Assembly: GCA_038134595.1 (NCBI GenBank)
Contig: JAYPVM010000003.1
Coordinates: forward strand, 1 to 42,030
DNA from: Pseudomonadota bacterium
GTDB lineage: Bacteria > Bdellovibrionota_C > UBA2361 > OMII01
DNA length: 42,030 bases
Direction of reading: 5' to 3'
The position numbers were made by a program, and so were the translations under genes. A model generated the notes under the pieces. The model made no database searches, was not told where the DNA came from, and saw only the letters and a list, made by a program, of their open reading frames with translations. The stretch's first letter is position 1. The number at the start of each line of letters is the position of its first letter. This document shows, one piece after another, positions 1 through 9,613 of this stretch.

Positions 1-318
1 GTCTCCGCCTCGTTTCGTCAAAACTCTCAAAATGCTCACGACGGAACCTTTTTTCCCATCCTGCTAGTGGGAAGCATGTTCTAATGCTCACTGCCGTTAT
101 CTGAAAGTTGGCAGCTTGAAGTCATCTAATCCTCATTGTAACGTAACCATGCACTAAAGATGAGCGCTGTACTCTCTTCTTATTGTGATATTGCGGTGGG
201 TTGGGTATCTTTTTTCTACAGAGTTTCGGCAGGACAAGGATACAAAGAGCGACTTAAAAAAAATACTACAATTTGTGTGTCAAGATGGCGAAGGTTGGTT
301 CAATGGTGGTGCTATAAA

Positions 319-1083
319 ATGAAAGAACGAGAATTTTACCGAAATAGGCGTATCTGGCTTACCGGTGCAAGTAGTGGTATCGGCAAAGCACTGGTGTATC
401 GTCTCCATCAGCTTGAAGCAGACATCGTTGTTACTGCGCGAAGAGAGGAGCTTTTAACGCAGTTGCAAGCAGATTTGGGAAATAAACGGGTACATGTTTT
501 TGCGGGAGATGTAACAGATCTCTTTTCTATGAAGGATGTAGTATCTCGAATTTACAACACCTTGGGACCTATCGATATTGCGATTCCCAATGCTGGTACC
601 CACGTGTTTACGGTTCCTGAGGACTTTAACAGTACGGAGTACTTGGATTTAATGAACATTAATTTCGGTGGAATGTTACATTGTATCGAGGCTGTGCTAC
701 CTAGCATGCTAGAACGAGGCGATGGCATCATAGCTCCGATTGCAAGTTTAGCAGGGTATCGGGGATTGCCACGAGCAGCTGCTTATGGGGCAAGTAAGGC
801 CGCGATGATAAACTTTTTGGAGAGTATACGGTTTCACCTAAAGCCTCGTGGTATCGGAATAGTGATCGTTAACCCGGGGTTTGTAGAGACGCCTCTTACG
901 GACAAGAATGACTTTCGAATGCCGTTTCTCATATCGGCCGAGGACGCTGCCCGTGAGATATGCACTGGTATAATGAAACAAAAGAGAGAGGTTGCTTTTC
1001 CTTATCTATTCAGTCGTTTGCTTAAGCTTGGCCGCATGTTACCTGCGCCTCTCTATGAGCGAATAGTTAATTATTGTTGGTGA
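319..1083 (+). CDS. Short-chain dehydrogenase/reductase (SDR family)
   Basis: TGASSGIG Rossmann motif, NAG, YGASK catalytic motif, NPGFV. ATG 319 preferred over ORF start 160 because SDR similarity begins there. Confidence 0.9.
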   Translation: MKEREFYRNRRIWLTGASSGIGKALVYRLHQLEADIVVTARREELLTQLQADLGNKRVHVFAGDVTDLFSMKDVVSRIYNTLGPIDIAIPNAGTHVFTVPEDFNSTEYLDLMNINFGGMLHCIEAVLPSMLERGDGIIAPIASLAGYRGLPRAAAYGASKAAMINFLESIRFHLKPRGIGIVIVNPGFVETPLTDKNDFRMPFLISAEDAAREICTGIMKQKREVAFPYLFSRLLKLGRMLPAPLYERIVNYCW

Positions 1084-2351
1084 GAGGAATTGTGAGAATT
1101 GCGGTTGTTGGAGGAGGAATATCTGGAATCGTAGCAGCGCATGTTTTGAGCCGAGAGCATGACGTTACTTTGTTTGAGCGAAATGATTACGTGGGAGGAC
1201 ACACCAATACTCGATTAGTCCCTGACCCTAAAAATGAGCAGTTGAGTATCGATACGGGGTTTATCGTTTGTAATTCACGAAACTATCCCAACTTCTACAA
1301 ATTTCTTGATGAATTGGGAGTGATGCTTCACGATTCCGATATGTCGTTCGGATTTTCATGCCAGAAGACGGGATTGCAATATTTAGGACCGTCTATTTGG
1401 GAGTTTTTACGAGCACCGATCAACCTCTTTAATCCAAAGTTTTGCGCCATGTTGCTGGAGCAACGGCGGTTTAATAAGAGGGCTCTCAAAGATCTTCAAC
1501 ATGGAACGTTGGGAGAGGTGCCCTTGGGGGATTACTTAAGAGAGATAGGTGCCAGTTCGTTCTTTTTCGATTATTATCTTGGCCCTCTTATTAGTTCGAT
1601 ATGGTCTTCGCCTGATGCAAAGGCGCTTGAGTTTCCGGTGAAAACGTTTGTAACGTTTTTCAATAATCACGGCATGCTTGAATTTCGAAAACGCCCACAA
1701 TGGCAGACGGTTATAGGAGGAAGCAAGCAATATGTTGACCGATTTCTTGAAAGGTTTGCTGGAACAGTGCATGTGAACACCGAGATTAAAGAGATAAGTC
1801 GGGTCAACAACAGAGTCGTGATAACACTTCCAAATGACGGTAGACAAGAGTTTGATAAAGTGGTCTTAGCAACTCATGCGGATGAAGCACTCGGATTGCT
1901 GGCTGACACAAGCAGCGCAGAGCAGGATGCTCTTGGACAATGGCAGTATAGTCGAAATAGAGCGGTGCTGCATTGTGATTCCAGTGTTGTTGGCCCGCGT
2001 CGTCGGTTATGGGCGGCATGGAATTATCAGAAAAGAGAAGATGAGGATAGAGAGAAACCGGTTGCGATAACATATTACATGAATAAGCTACAGCGTCTTA
2101 GAGCTGAGCGAGATTACTTTGTGACATTAAATCCCGCTGATGGCGCCGTGAATCGCGAAAAAATTATATACGAGACAATGTATACACATCCTATCTATAC
2201 TCCTAGCTCGCCCAAGAGTCAGATGATATTGCGAGATCTCAATGGTGTTAATAACACCTATTTTTGCGGGGCGTATATGAGGTATGGGTTTCATGAAGAT
2301 GGAGTGGTTTCAGCCTTGGAAGTTACAAAGAAACTTGGCCTTGACCTGTAG
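1074..2351 (+). CDS. FAD-dependent oxidoreductase (amine-oxidase-like, COG2907 / UfaD-like fatty-acid desaturase)
   Basis: GGGISG FAD motif, GGHTNT, DTGFIV, WAAWNY, GFHEDG; overlaps SDR stop. Real start may be a few codons later. Confidence 0.88.
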   Translation: MLVRGIVRIAVVGGGISGIVAAHVLSREHDVTLFERNDYVGGHTNTRLVPDPKNEQLSIDTGFIVCNSRNYPNFYKFLDELGVMLHDSDMSFGFSCQKTGLQYLGPSIWEFLRAPINLFNPKFCAMLLEQRRFNKRALKDLQHGTLGEVPLGDYLREIGASSFFFDYYLGPLISSIWSSPDAKALEFPVKTFVTFFNNHGMLEFRKRPQWQTVIGGSKQYVDRFLERFAGTVHVNTEIKEISRVNNRVVITLPNDGRQEFDKVVLATHADEALGLLADTSSAEQDALGQWQYSRNRAVLHCDSSVVGPRRRLWAAWNYQKREDEDREKPVAITYYMNKLQRLRAERDYFVTLNPADGAVNREKIIYETMYTHPIYTPSSPKSQMILRDLNGVNNTYFCGAYMRYGFHEDGVVSALEVTKKLGLDL

Positions 2352-2362
2352 GACCTACTGTA

Positions 2363-3235
2363 ATGACGCACAGGTATAAGTCTACGATTGTTTACGGAGA
2401 AGTTAAACATTGGCGCAAGGAGCCTCGGGAGCACGCGTTTTGTTATCCAATTGCTTTTTTTTGTCTTGATGTAGATCTGATTGAGCTTATAAAAGGGCCT
2501 TTCCGGCTCTTTACGCGCAATCGTGTTGGAGTCTATTCCATATACGAGCAGGATTATCTTGTGGGAGCCCCTAGCTCGGCTAGCCTAAGAGCTCGGGTAG
2601 AGGAAATCCTCCGTCAGTCGGAGATCGAGATAATTCCTGATCAAATTCTTCTTCTTACGATGCCAAGGTTATTTGGTTACGTTTTTAATCCTGTAAGTTT
2701 TTTCGTTTGTCTTGATGCTGAACAACGAGTCCTTGCCCTTGTTATTCAAGTCAATAACACCTTCGGAGAGACGCATGTGTATCCACTACAAGGTAAGGCG
2801 ACTCAAATGCCGTGTACGTGGAGATTTGGGAAGGACTTCTTCGTGTCTCCCTTTTTTGATAAGGAGGGAGAATATTGTGTAACGCTTACATCAGTAGGCG
2901 GAAAACTCAGAATTGACGTTGATTTGTATGTCGATGACCAATGTGTTTTTCGATCGACGCTCTCAGGGCAGGGGCATGAGATTACACCTGCTCGTGTAGC
3001 TAAGACACTGGGGATATACGGATTTTCGCAGCTGTTGACGATGACTAGAATTCATATGCAGGCGGTTCTTTTGTATTGGAAAGCGGGGGCGTGCCCCTTT
3101 GAAAAGCCTAGACCCACGCACCGTAATACTATACGCTCGAAGCAGGATTTTATTCACAGGATTCGATTGAAATTTCTATCTTGTTTGCGAAGTTTGAGGA
3201 ATAAGAGAGGGGGCTATGAGCGCGACGTTAGATAG
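2363..3235 (+). CDS. DUF1365 family protein (UfaO-like)
   Basis: HWR..P..H.F.Y, PRLFGYVFNPVSF, VNNTFGETH, KDFFVSPF, IHMQA motifs; usual position between FAD oxidoreductase and cfa. Confidence 0.88.
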   Translation: MTHRYKSTIVYGEVKHWRKEPREHAFCYPIAFFCLDVDLIELIKGPFRLFTRNRVGVYSIYEQDYLVGAPSSASLRARVEEILRQSEIEIIPDQILLLTMPRLFGYVFNPVSFFVCLDAEQRVLALVIQVNNTFGETHVYPLQGKATQMPCTWRFGKDFFVSPFFDKEGEYCVTLTSVGGKLRIDVDLYVDDQCVFRSTLSGQGHEITPARVAKTLGIYGFSQLLTMTRIHMQAVLLYWKAGACPFEKPRPTHRNTIRSKQDFIHRIRLKFLSCLRSLRNKRGGYERDVR

Positions 3236-4358
3236 TTGCACCACTACGAGTGATCAGTATTCAGATCAAAGAATCGATGGAGTGACATTAGTTGATATAC
3301 CCACGGAGGTACTCGCGATACTTCGGCAGGGTGGGATTTATGGCTTGGGAGAAGCCTATATGAGGGGGGAATGGGATACTAGAACCCTCGAGGAGCTTTT
3401 GTATCAGGTCGTGTCTGGTTCGCTTGGAGTGAATGGAGGATTTAGAAAAATCGATCCCCGTTTCATTTGGTTCTTGCTGAAAGATAGGGTCAGAAATTCT
3501 CAAGTAGGAAAGGGAGCGTATGAAGTCGCTCAGAGGCATTATGACCTAGGAAACGACCTCTTTCGGGTAATGCTTGATGAAGACACTATGACCTACACCT
3601 GTGGCTATTGGCGAGAGGCGAAAGATTTGGATCAGGCACAACGTGCGAAGATAGATTTGTTGTGTAGGAAATTAGAATTGAAGCCAGGAATGCGAGTTCT
3701 TGATATTGGATGTGGATGGGGCAATTTTGCAGAGCATGCAGCCTCTCGGTACGGAGTCTCTGTGGTAGGGCTGACGGTATCTAAAGAGCAGGCAGCATTT
3801 GCGCGCAGTAGGTGTCACAATTTGGATGTGGATATTGTACTTGAGGACTATCAGAAGTACTCAGGGTCTTTCGATCGTATTGTTTCGATTGAGATGATTG
3901 AAGCTGTGGGTCGAAAAAACATGCAGAGCTTTTTTCAAATGGTCCAGCGATGCTTAAAACCAGCGGGTTTGTTTGGGTTACAGGCGATATCGGCAGATAC
4001 ATTTTCAAGAAGTTCAGAGCCCGTTTTGGATCACTATATACTGTGGTTGCAGAGGAGAATATTTCCTAATGGATATTTGCCAACGATGGCGCATCTTTGC
4101 GCTCCCGAACGGTCAGGACTCCTTATTGAGGATATCCACAACTTCTCGGCTGACTATGCAAAAACCTTGCGAGTGTGGGCGGATCGCTTCGAGTCAGGAT
4201 GGCCAAGATTAAGCGAAAAGTACGGCGAAGCTTTTAGAAGGATGTGGTTGTTCTATCTTCATGGCTGCCAGGCGTTGTTTCGAGCACGCAAGGTTCAGCT
4301 CTATCAGATAGTCTATTCTCAAGGGGGAGTTCGAGGTGGATACACTTCGATACGATAG
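3216..4358 (+). CDS. cfa: Cyclopropane-fatty-acyl-phospholipid synthase family SAM methyltransferase
   Basis: GLGEAYM, HYDLGNDLF, YTCGYW, LDIGCGWG, IFPNGYLP, FRRMWLFYL. Confidence 0.92.
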   Translation: MSATLDSCTTTSDQYSDQRIDGVTLVDIPTEVLAILRQGGIYGLGEAYMRGEWDTRTLEELLYQVVSGSLGVNGGFRKIDPRFIWFLLKDRVRNSQVGKGAYEVAQRHYDLGNDLFRVMLDEDTMTYTCGYWREAKDLDQAQRAKIDLLCRKLELKPGMRVLDIGCGWGNFAEHAASRYGVSVVGLTVSKEQAAFARSRCHNLDVDIVLEDYQKYSGSFDRIVSIEMIEAVGRKNMQSFFQMVQRCLKPAGLFGLQAISADTFSRSSEPVLDHYILWLQRRIFPNGYLPTMAHLCAPERSGLLIEDIHNFSADYAKTLRVWADRFESGWPRLSEKYGEAFRRMWLFYLHGCQALFRARKVQLYQIVYSQGGVRGGYTSIR

Positions 4359-4365
4359 AGACAGG

Positions 4366-5769
4366 CTATTCTAAAAGGAGTGTGTCGCAGAGAGCCTGCT
4401 TTAGTGCGTGAAACACCTCGACTTTTTTCGAATCAGGTTCTTCTTGCTCAGACGGTCCCTCGAGATACAGCACTCCAATTTTTCGACGAATACCTAAAGC
4501 GCTGTATATCCCGGTAAGCTTTCGGTCGGAGCTTTCTTCTGGAGATTCAATAATTGTTTCAGTACTGGAGAGTGCAGAAACTGCTTTGTCACCTGGTTCA
4601 AGGGCTACGTTTGTTATTGTTCGCATCTGAACTGTGCCGATCAAAGTGCGAGGTTTAAGCGAGAGTGAGCTCGGGTCAACTACAAATACGCAGCCGCCGG
4701 TGAATCCCGCTTCGGGTATAATCTGCTTGAGGAGTTTTCCGACTAGTACTTTGTTAACACTTTCGCCGTGCAAGTCTGCATAAAGTGCACGCAGAGCAGT
4801 TTGCACCTCTTGCGGGCATGCTTTGAGTAAGGTGTCTGCAAGCATTCGATGTGAAGAGCGATGCTCTGCTATTTTTTCTTCGGGATTAAAGGTTTCGATA
4901 TCTGCGAAAACTTCGGGTAGGGTTTGCTGATACATCTTAGAGTTTTCAATTACCTTGCCTCTAATTTTAGTAATAACCTCAGCGCCAATAGTTTTTTCCA
5001 TAAAATCCCGTGCCTGTGACCAATCTTTTTCGGCCGTGGGATAGGTCTCCGGATTTTCTGCTCGGGCGAGCACTTCACCAATATCACACAGCTCGTCATA
5101 GGCTGCCCATGCAGGATCTGATTCGTTATGTTCGGGCTCGGCGGCTTTGTCCGGCCGTAAAAGGCGCATGCCTAACAAGGCCGGTGAAAATCCAAGTTCC
5201 TTGGTAAGCGCTTCGTCAAGGGATTCGTCTTCGGTTAAATTGTCCAAGACTCTCGAGTAAACAGAGGGATAATTCCAAGCAATTAGGTTAAGCCCTATTG
5301 AGCGCAATACGCCACGCGAAAAGCCTAGCTCAGGATCGAGGTTACTTTCTTCGCTCAAAGCAGATGCAGCACCAGCTGCAATAGCTGTTTCCCGGAGACG
5401 CTGGACTTGAAACGGTTCACTCCAATGTAAGGAGTGAATTGAGGGGAGTTTCTCTTGGTCCTTGAGCACCTCTGCTATTTTTTCGGCCCCCCCCCAGCGA
5501 ATAAGCTCTACTGGATTTGCTATGATTTTAGCATCAATACCCTCGACAGCAGCTTGTTGGGAGAGCTCTTTGATAATGAATGTAAATAGAGCAAAGTCCG
5601 CCTTTAAATCTTCAAATAGTACGCCCAAATTGTCTGTATAGGTCCCTGCGGATAAACCCTCTCGCACTCGTGCTAGAATTTTGGGATTCATCGGAAACCA
5701 AGGTTTACTAACGTGCTGTAGCGCTCGGTCTATTCGCTTTGAGTTTGAGTCTCCTTTAAATGTTCCCAT
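4366..5769 (-). CDS. HDOD-domain signalling protein with C-terminal GAF-like region
   Basis: N-terminal helical HDOD-like pattern (WFPMNP..L, D.ALF, GVLRSIG, LGFSP); C-terminal GCVFVVD...IGVLYLE GAF-like strands. Confidence 0.6.
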   Translation of the reverse strand: MGTFKGDSNSKRIDRALQHVSKPWFPMNPKILARVREGLSAGTYTDNLGVLFEDLKADFALFTFIIKELSQQAAVEGIDAKIIANPVELIRWGGAEKIAEVLKDQEKLPSIHSLHWSEPFQVQRLRETAIAAGAASALSEESNLDPELGFSRGVLRSIGLNLIAWNYPSVYSRVLDNLTEDESLDEALTKELGFSPALLGMRLLRPDKAAEPEHNESDPAWAAYDELCDIGEVLARAENPETYPTAEKDWSQARDFMEKTIGAEVITKIRGKVIENSKMYQQTLPEVFADIETFNPEEKIAEHRSSHRMLADTLLKACPQEVQTALRALYADLHGESVNKVLVGKLLKQIIPEAGFTGGCVFVVDPSSLSLKPRTLIGTVQMRTITNVALEPGDKAVSALSSTETIIESPEESSDRKLTGIYSALGIRRKIGVLYLEGPSEQEEPDSKKVEVFHALKQALCDTLLLE

Positions 5770-6033
5770 AAAGATGTGCCCCTGAATGCGGTTTCCCTTC
5801 TAGCCCCTCTGATGCATCAAAAAGTCGGATCTTTCGAGTAAAATCTTTATACTATGTAACATTTATTAAGACGTAACCTTTTAGTTTGTTTCTCGAGACT
5901 TAATGGAATGCAGTATTATTCGCTAGTTAGCGTTGTAGATGGCGGGCGTATCTGGTTTCTTGGCTGGGTGGATTTGAAAGGGGATGGTGCAAAATTGTCG
6001 GCAGAGAGGCTTTGTGGGGAGAGAGACAATCGT

Positions 6034-7905
6034 TTATCGACAAAGCCGCCGTGTGGGCAGTAGATCTGCGTTTTTAATGGGATTTCTCTCGTCTAGAATT
6101 CTTGATGGTGTGTCTCCAAACGCTTTGCGCATAACCTCTGTGTGAGCATGGTTGTAGTGAGCACATAGAACGTCCCATGTGAATCTTTCAGTTAGTCGTT
6201 CGGCTTTGTTTCGAAGCGCTATCCGTTCTCTTCTGTTTAGAGTTGTGAACTTTGTAAGGAAGTTTGTTAATTGTTCAATAGTTGCATCGGGATTTTGCTG
6301 GGACCGATTAAGGACCAAGACTCCATTTTGCAGAGCATCTGGGATATGCCGATCTACATATGCTCCGAATCCACTAAGATTCGTGGTGACAGTTGGTAAG
6401 CCGAGAGCCAAGCATTCAAGAGGGGTATATCCCCAAGGCTCATAATAGCTTGGGAAGATACCCATGTGACATCCCCGCACAAATTGATCGTAGTCGAGGC
6501 TAAATAGGCTCGTTAAAGACACGAAATCGGGATGGAAGACAACTTTAACTTTATCGTCAGGAGAGTTTAAAAGATTTCGATGTCTTAAATGATTCATAAT
6601 GGCATCGTCCGTATCATTCCATAGATCATGGGTTACTACGGGTGGCCATTGATTTGAACGTCGGGCTAATATTGAACGCTTTAATCTCAACTGAATGTCT
6701 TCTGTCAGTATGTCTTCATACGTTGGGAGGTGCCCGCGCGCAACAGCGTTAAGGATTCTCTGGCCGAGTAGACTCTCTAATTCCCTGCTAGTAGTTTTGA
6801 GGTCTTCAAAGCGGAGGTGATTTTGGAGCGATGTAACATTAAGGCTCTTGGTGGGAGCTCGTGTGATAATGAAGGCTACTACAGTTGGCGAGTCTGGTAT
6901 TGAACGTAATCGAGTGTTTAAGTGATAGAGGGATTCGATAAAAATATCCATCCCCTTGTTCGTATATTCGTATCGACCGCTCGTGAAGAGATAGAGCGTC
7001 TTGTCGAGATCGAAAGAGTAGCTTGGGAAGAAGTGTCCCATGACAAATTCATGTATTCTTTCCTTGTACTGAAGGTGTAGATTTTGAAATTCGTGTAGCG
7101 CAGTGAAAGAGTGTGGATTGAGACCGTTTGGAAGCACTAGCTCAGGTTTTCTGCCGAGTAAATGGGATGCTTCTTTGGCAGTTACTTCGCTGACTGTCGT
7201 AAAAAGATGCGCTGAATGGGCGGCGGCTTTTTCGATAGCGTGTTTGGGCCAAATCAGGTACCGACGAGCCTCATCGTCAGGTGAAATTGCACCTAAGTTC
7301 TCGTAAAAATAGGGGTCATTACCGGCAACATGACGACCGAGTTGGGTTGCATGGGTGGTAAACACCGTTGCTATTGGCAGATTCAAATGGCGCACCCTTG
7401 GGAGAGCAACCCCCGCCATCCATTCATGGAAGTGGGACACAATCTTTTTTGAGGATGTTTCAGCGAAACACCGCAAGAGCTCGGTGACGCAAAATCCAAA
7501 TGAGGTAACTGCATCTACCTCTCCATCCGCTCCATCAAGCGATATGCCGTTATCTTTCCATAAAAAATATTTATCGTCTGCAAGCTGATCTTTTCGGCTT
7601 GTATAGTCGATTAAAATTGCATTCGGACGACCATCTATCAACCAGCATCCAAAACGGAAATTAACGCCTCGCTCACGAGCAAGTTCTAGTGCAGGTTGTA
7701 TCGCTTCGGGAATCGTCGTTTCTTCAAATTCAAGGGCGCTGGTATGTTGGTGATACGGTCCCACCAAAAGATAATCTGAGCCCCATCGGGAGCACATAGT
7801 AGGGACTTTTGTTTTCACTACGGTATAGATACCACCAATTTGGCTGCAAACCTCCCAGGCGACTTCTATTAAAAGGCTATTGTCGGTTGGTGGTAACGTT
7901 TCCAT
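6034..7905 (-). CDS. Glycogen synthase, GT3 (eukaryote-type) family
   Basis: EVAWEVCSQIGGIYTV, HFHEWMAG, FTTHATQLGR, GRYEYTNKG, FPSYYEPWGYTPLE (E-x7-E), TTNLSGFG. Confidence 0.93.
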   Translation of the reverse strand: METLPPTDNSLLIEVAWEVCSQIGGIYTVVKTKVPTMCSRWGSDYLLVGPYHQHTSALEFEETTIPEAIQPALELARERGVNFRFGCWLIDGRPNAILIDYTSRKDQLADDKYFLWKDNGISLDGADGEVDAVTSFGFCVTELLRCFAETSSKKIVSHFHEWMAGVALPRVRHLNLPIATVFTTHATQLGRHVAGNDPYFYENLGAISPDDEARRYLIWPKHAIEKAAAHSAHLFTTVSEVTAKEASHLLGRKPELVLPNGLNPHSFTALHEFQNLHLQYKERIHEFVMGHFFPSYSFDLDKTLYLFTSGRYEYTNKGMDIFIESLYHLNTRLRSIPDSPTVVAFIITRAPTKSLNVTSLQNHLRFEDLKTTSRELESLLGQRILNAVARGHLPTYEDILTEDIQLRLKRSILARRSNQWPPVVTHDLWNDTDDAIMNHLRHRNLLNSPDDKVKVVFHPDFVSLTSLFSLDYDQFVRGCHMGIFPSYYEPWGYTPLECLALGLPTVTTNLSGFGAYVDRHIPDALQNGVLVLNRSQQNPDATIEQLTNFLTKFTTLNRRERIALRNKAERLTERFTWDVLCAHYNHAHTEVMRKAFGDTPSRILDERNPIKNADLLPTRRLCR

Positions 7906-8019
7906 ACGCCCTACACTATATATGATTTGTGTAAACTCTGACCAGAGAGACTTGTGATATTCTGTATTTTAATTTCCAATAAAAACACTTTCGGCGCGCT
8001 CTTTAGTAGCATGTTGGAC

Positions 8020-8043
8020 AACCAGAACCAGAACCAGAACCAG
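8020..8043 (+). repeat. Hexanucleotide tandem repeat (AACCAG)x4
   Basis: Read directly in the intergenic region. Confidence 0.9.
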
Positions 8044-8214
8044 AGCTGCAGCAATAGCCACGTATATCACGGCAAAAAGTTTTCAGAGACAGGGACACAC
8101 GGGGGTGGAGGGGGGCGCTTACCGCACCTCCTTTCTTTTTAAAGTAATGCCATCAGGTCCAAACACTCCCTGGATTCCTAACGATATTTTATAAAGCCAG
8201 TTGAATTGCAACGG

Positions 8215-9405
8215 CTATGACATAGCTTCTGTTAGAAGTTTGTTAAGCCGTTTGTCGAGGTAGAAGTCTGTGATAGCGAACTTATTTTGTAGTTCGCGAA
8301 GGAATTTTTGGCTGTCTTTGTTTTTTTTGCCGGTGCGTTGAGCTGTGATCATGGTGTTTTTTGCAGTGTGTTCAGCGGCTATGAATTCAAAGAGGGAGGT
8401 TTTATACCCTAACGACTCCAGTGTAAGAACCCGCAAGGAATCTGTGAGAGATTCACAAAATCGTTCCTGGATAATTCCGTGCCGTAAAAGTGCATGAAGA
8501 TCATCGAAACTGGTCAGTTTGTTTCGTAGATATTTGTGACAGCATGGCGCAAAACAGAGATATTCTGCCTGGCAAGTTATGGCTTGTACGAGTGCGTCAT
8601 CAGTTGCAGTGTCGCAGGCATGAAGAGCAGTTACGAGCGAAGGGGTACGCATCGGGTAGTTTTCAATTGAGCTATGGACAAATGAAAGCCCCTCTAATTT
8701 GAGTGCGTTGGCTGTAGTTTCTCCATGTTTGACTAGATCCTCTCTAATTTCGACGCCTACCACCTCTACACTTCCGAAAAGCCGAGATAGCTGATGATGA
8801 AGCGCAAAGGTTAGGTAGTTTTTCCCCGAGCCGAAGTCTACGACCTGAAAACTCTTGGAAGGCTCTGTTTTGTGTCCTTTAATGAGCGCTTGGACTATTT
8901 CTGCATACTTCTGAATCTGTTTGTACTTGTCATATCTATCGACACGGATGGTTTGGTTTGGGGTTGTAATACCTACATGTTGTAAAAATGGAGTTGAGGA
9001 AGGAATGAGGTATTGTTTTTCTCTGTTATGCCCCTTGGCGGCTACTCTCTTTAGCGAGGGAGGACGTTGTTTGAAGCGGACTGTATTTTGAGCTGTTGTT
9101 TCGAAGAGAAAATCTGCCTGTGCTGTCTGGATGTGGCCAGCAAACATCTCTTGTTGAAGTACTAATAGGAGGGTGGGGATTAGCTCGGCGGGAGTGATAT
9201 TAGTACGATAGGCTTGAGTTCCTTCAAAGCGTTCAATCGCGTATGCCAAGCTGGCTGTTTTGTTTCTGAAACTGTCAAACGTTATCTTTGAGAAGGTTGT
9301 TCCAGGACGAGGCTTGCTAAGGGTTGCCTTGATAAATGATTCCGCCTCGATTGATTCCTTGAGGTGCTCGACAAAGATATCGTAGTTGCTAGTATTTTTT
9401 GCCAT
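8215..9405 (-). CDS. SAM-dependent methyltransferase (Methyltransf_32-like)
   Basis: HNREKQY, DFGSGKNYLTF, ALHACDTATDDA, APCCH, HTAKN. Confidence 0.85.
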   Translation of the reverse strand: MAKNTSNYDIFVEHLKESIEAESFIKATLSKPRPGTTFSKITFDSFRNKTASLAYAIERFEGTQAYRTNITPAELIPTLLLVLQQEMFAGHIQTAQADFLFETTAQNTVRFKQRPPSLKRVAAKGHNREKQYLIPSSTPFLQHVGITTPNQTIRVDRYDKYKQIQKYAEIVQALIKGHKTEPSKSFQVVDFGSGKNYLTFALHHQLSRLFGSVEVVGVEIREDLVKHGETTANALKLEGLSFVHSSIENYPMRTPSLVTALHACDTATDDALVQAITCQAEYLCFAPCCHKYLRNKLTSFDDLHALLRHGIIQERFCESLTDSLRVLTLESLGYKTSLFEFIAAEHTAKNTMITAQRTGKKNKDSQKFLRELQNKFAITDFYLDKRLNKLLTEAMS

Positions 9406-9613
9406 ATCGAATATATTGGTTACCTGTAAAAGTATGACGGAGGAGCTTTCTCTAGCTGCGGAAGCTACCTTGCCATATCCTTATAGGATTTGCCACCGTT
9501 GCTTGCAGGTGGCTTGCGAGGAGATGGGGTAATTATTGGTGGCAGAGGCCCTGAAGGGCCTTGCCGAGAGAGGTTTCTTAGTTGATTCGGTTTGATATAT
9601 TTTATGACGTGTT

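Noticed and set aside
1..135. Possible minus-strand gene start running off the window
   Set aside because: The ATG with an RBS closes after 14 codons; another frame stays open but has no recognisable motif.
7954..8142. 62-aa ORF with NQNQNQ and GGGG runs
   Set aside because: A translation by-product of the microsatellite and G-runs; no RBS or homology signal.
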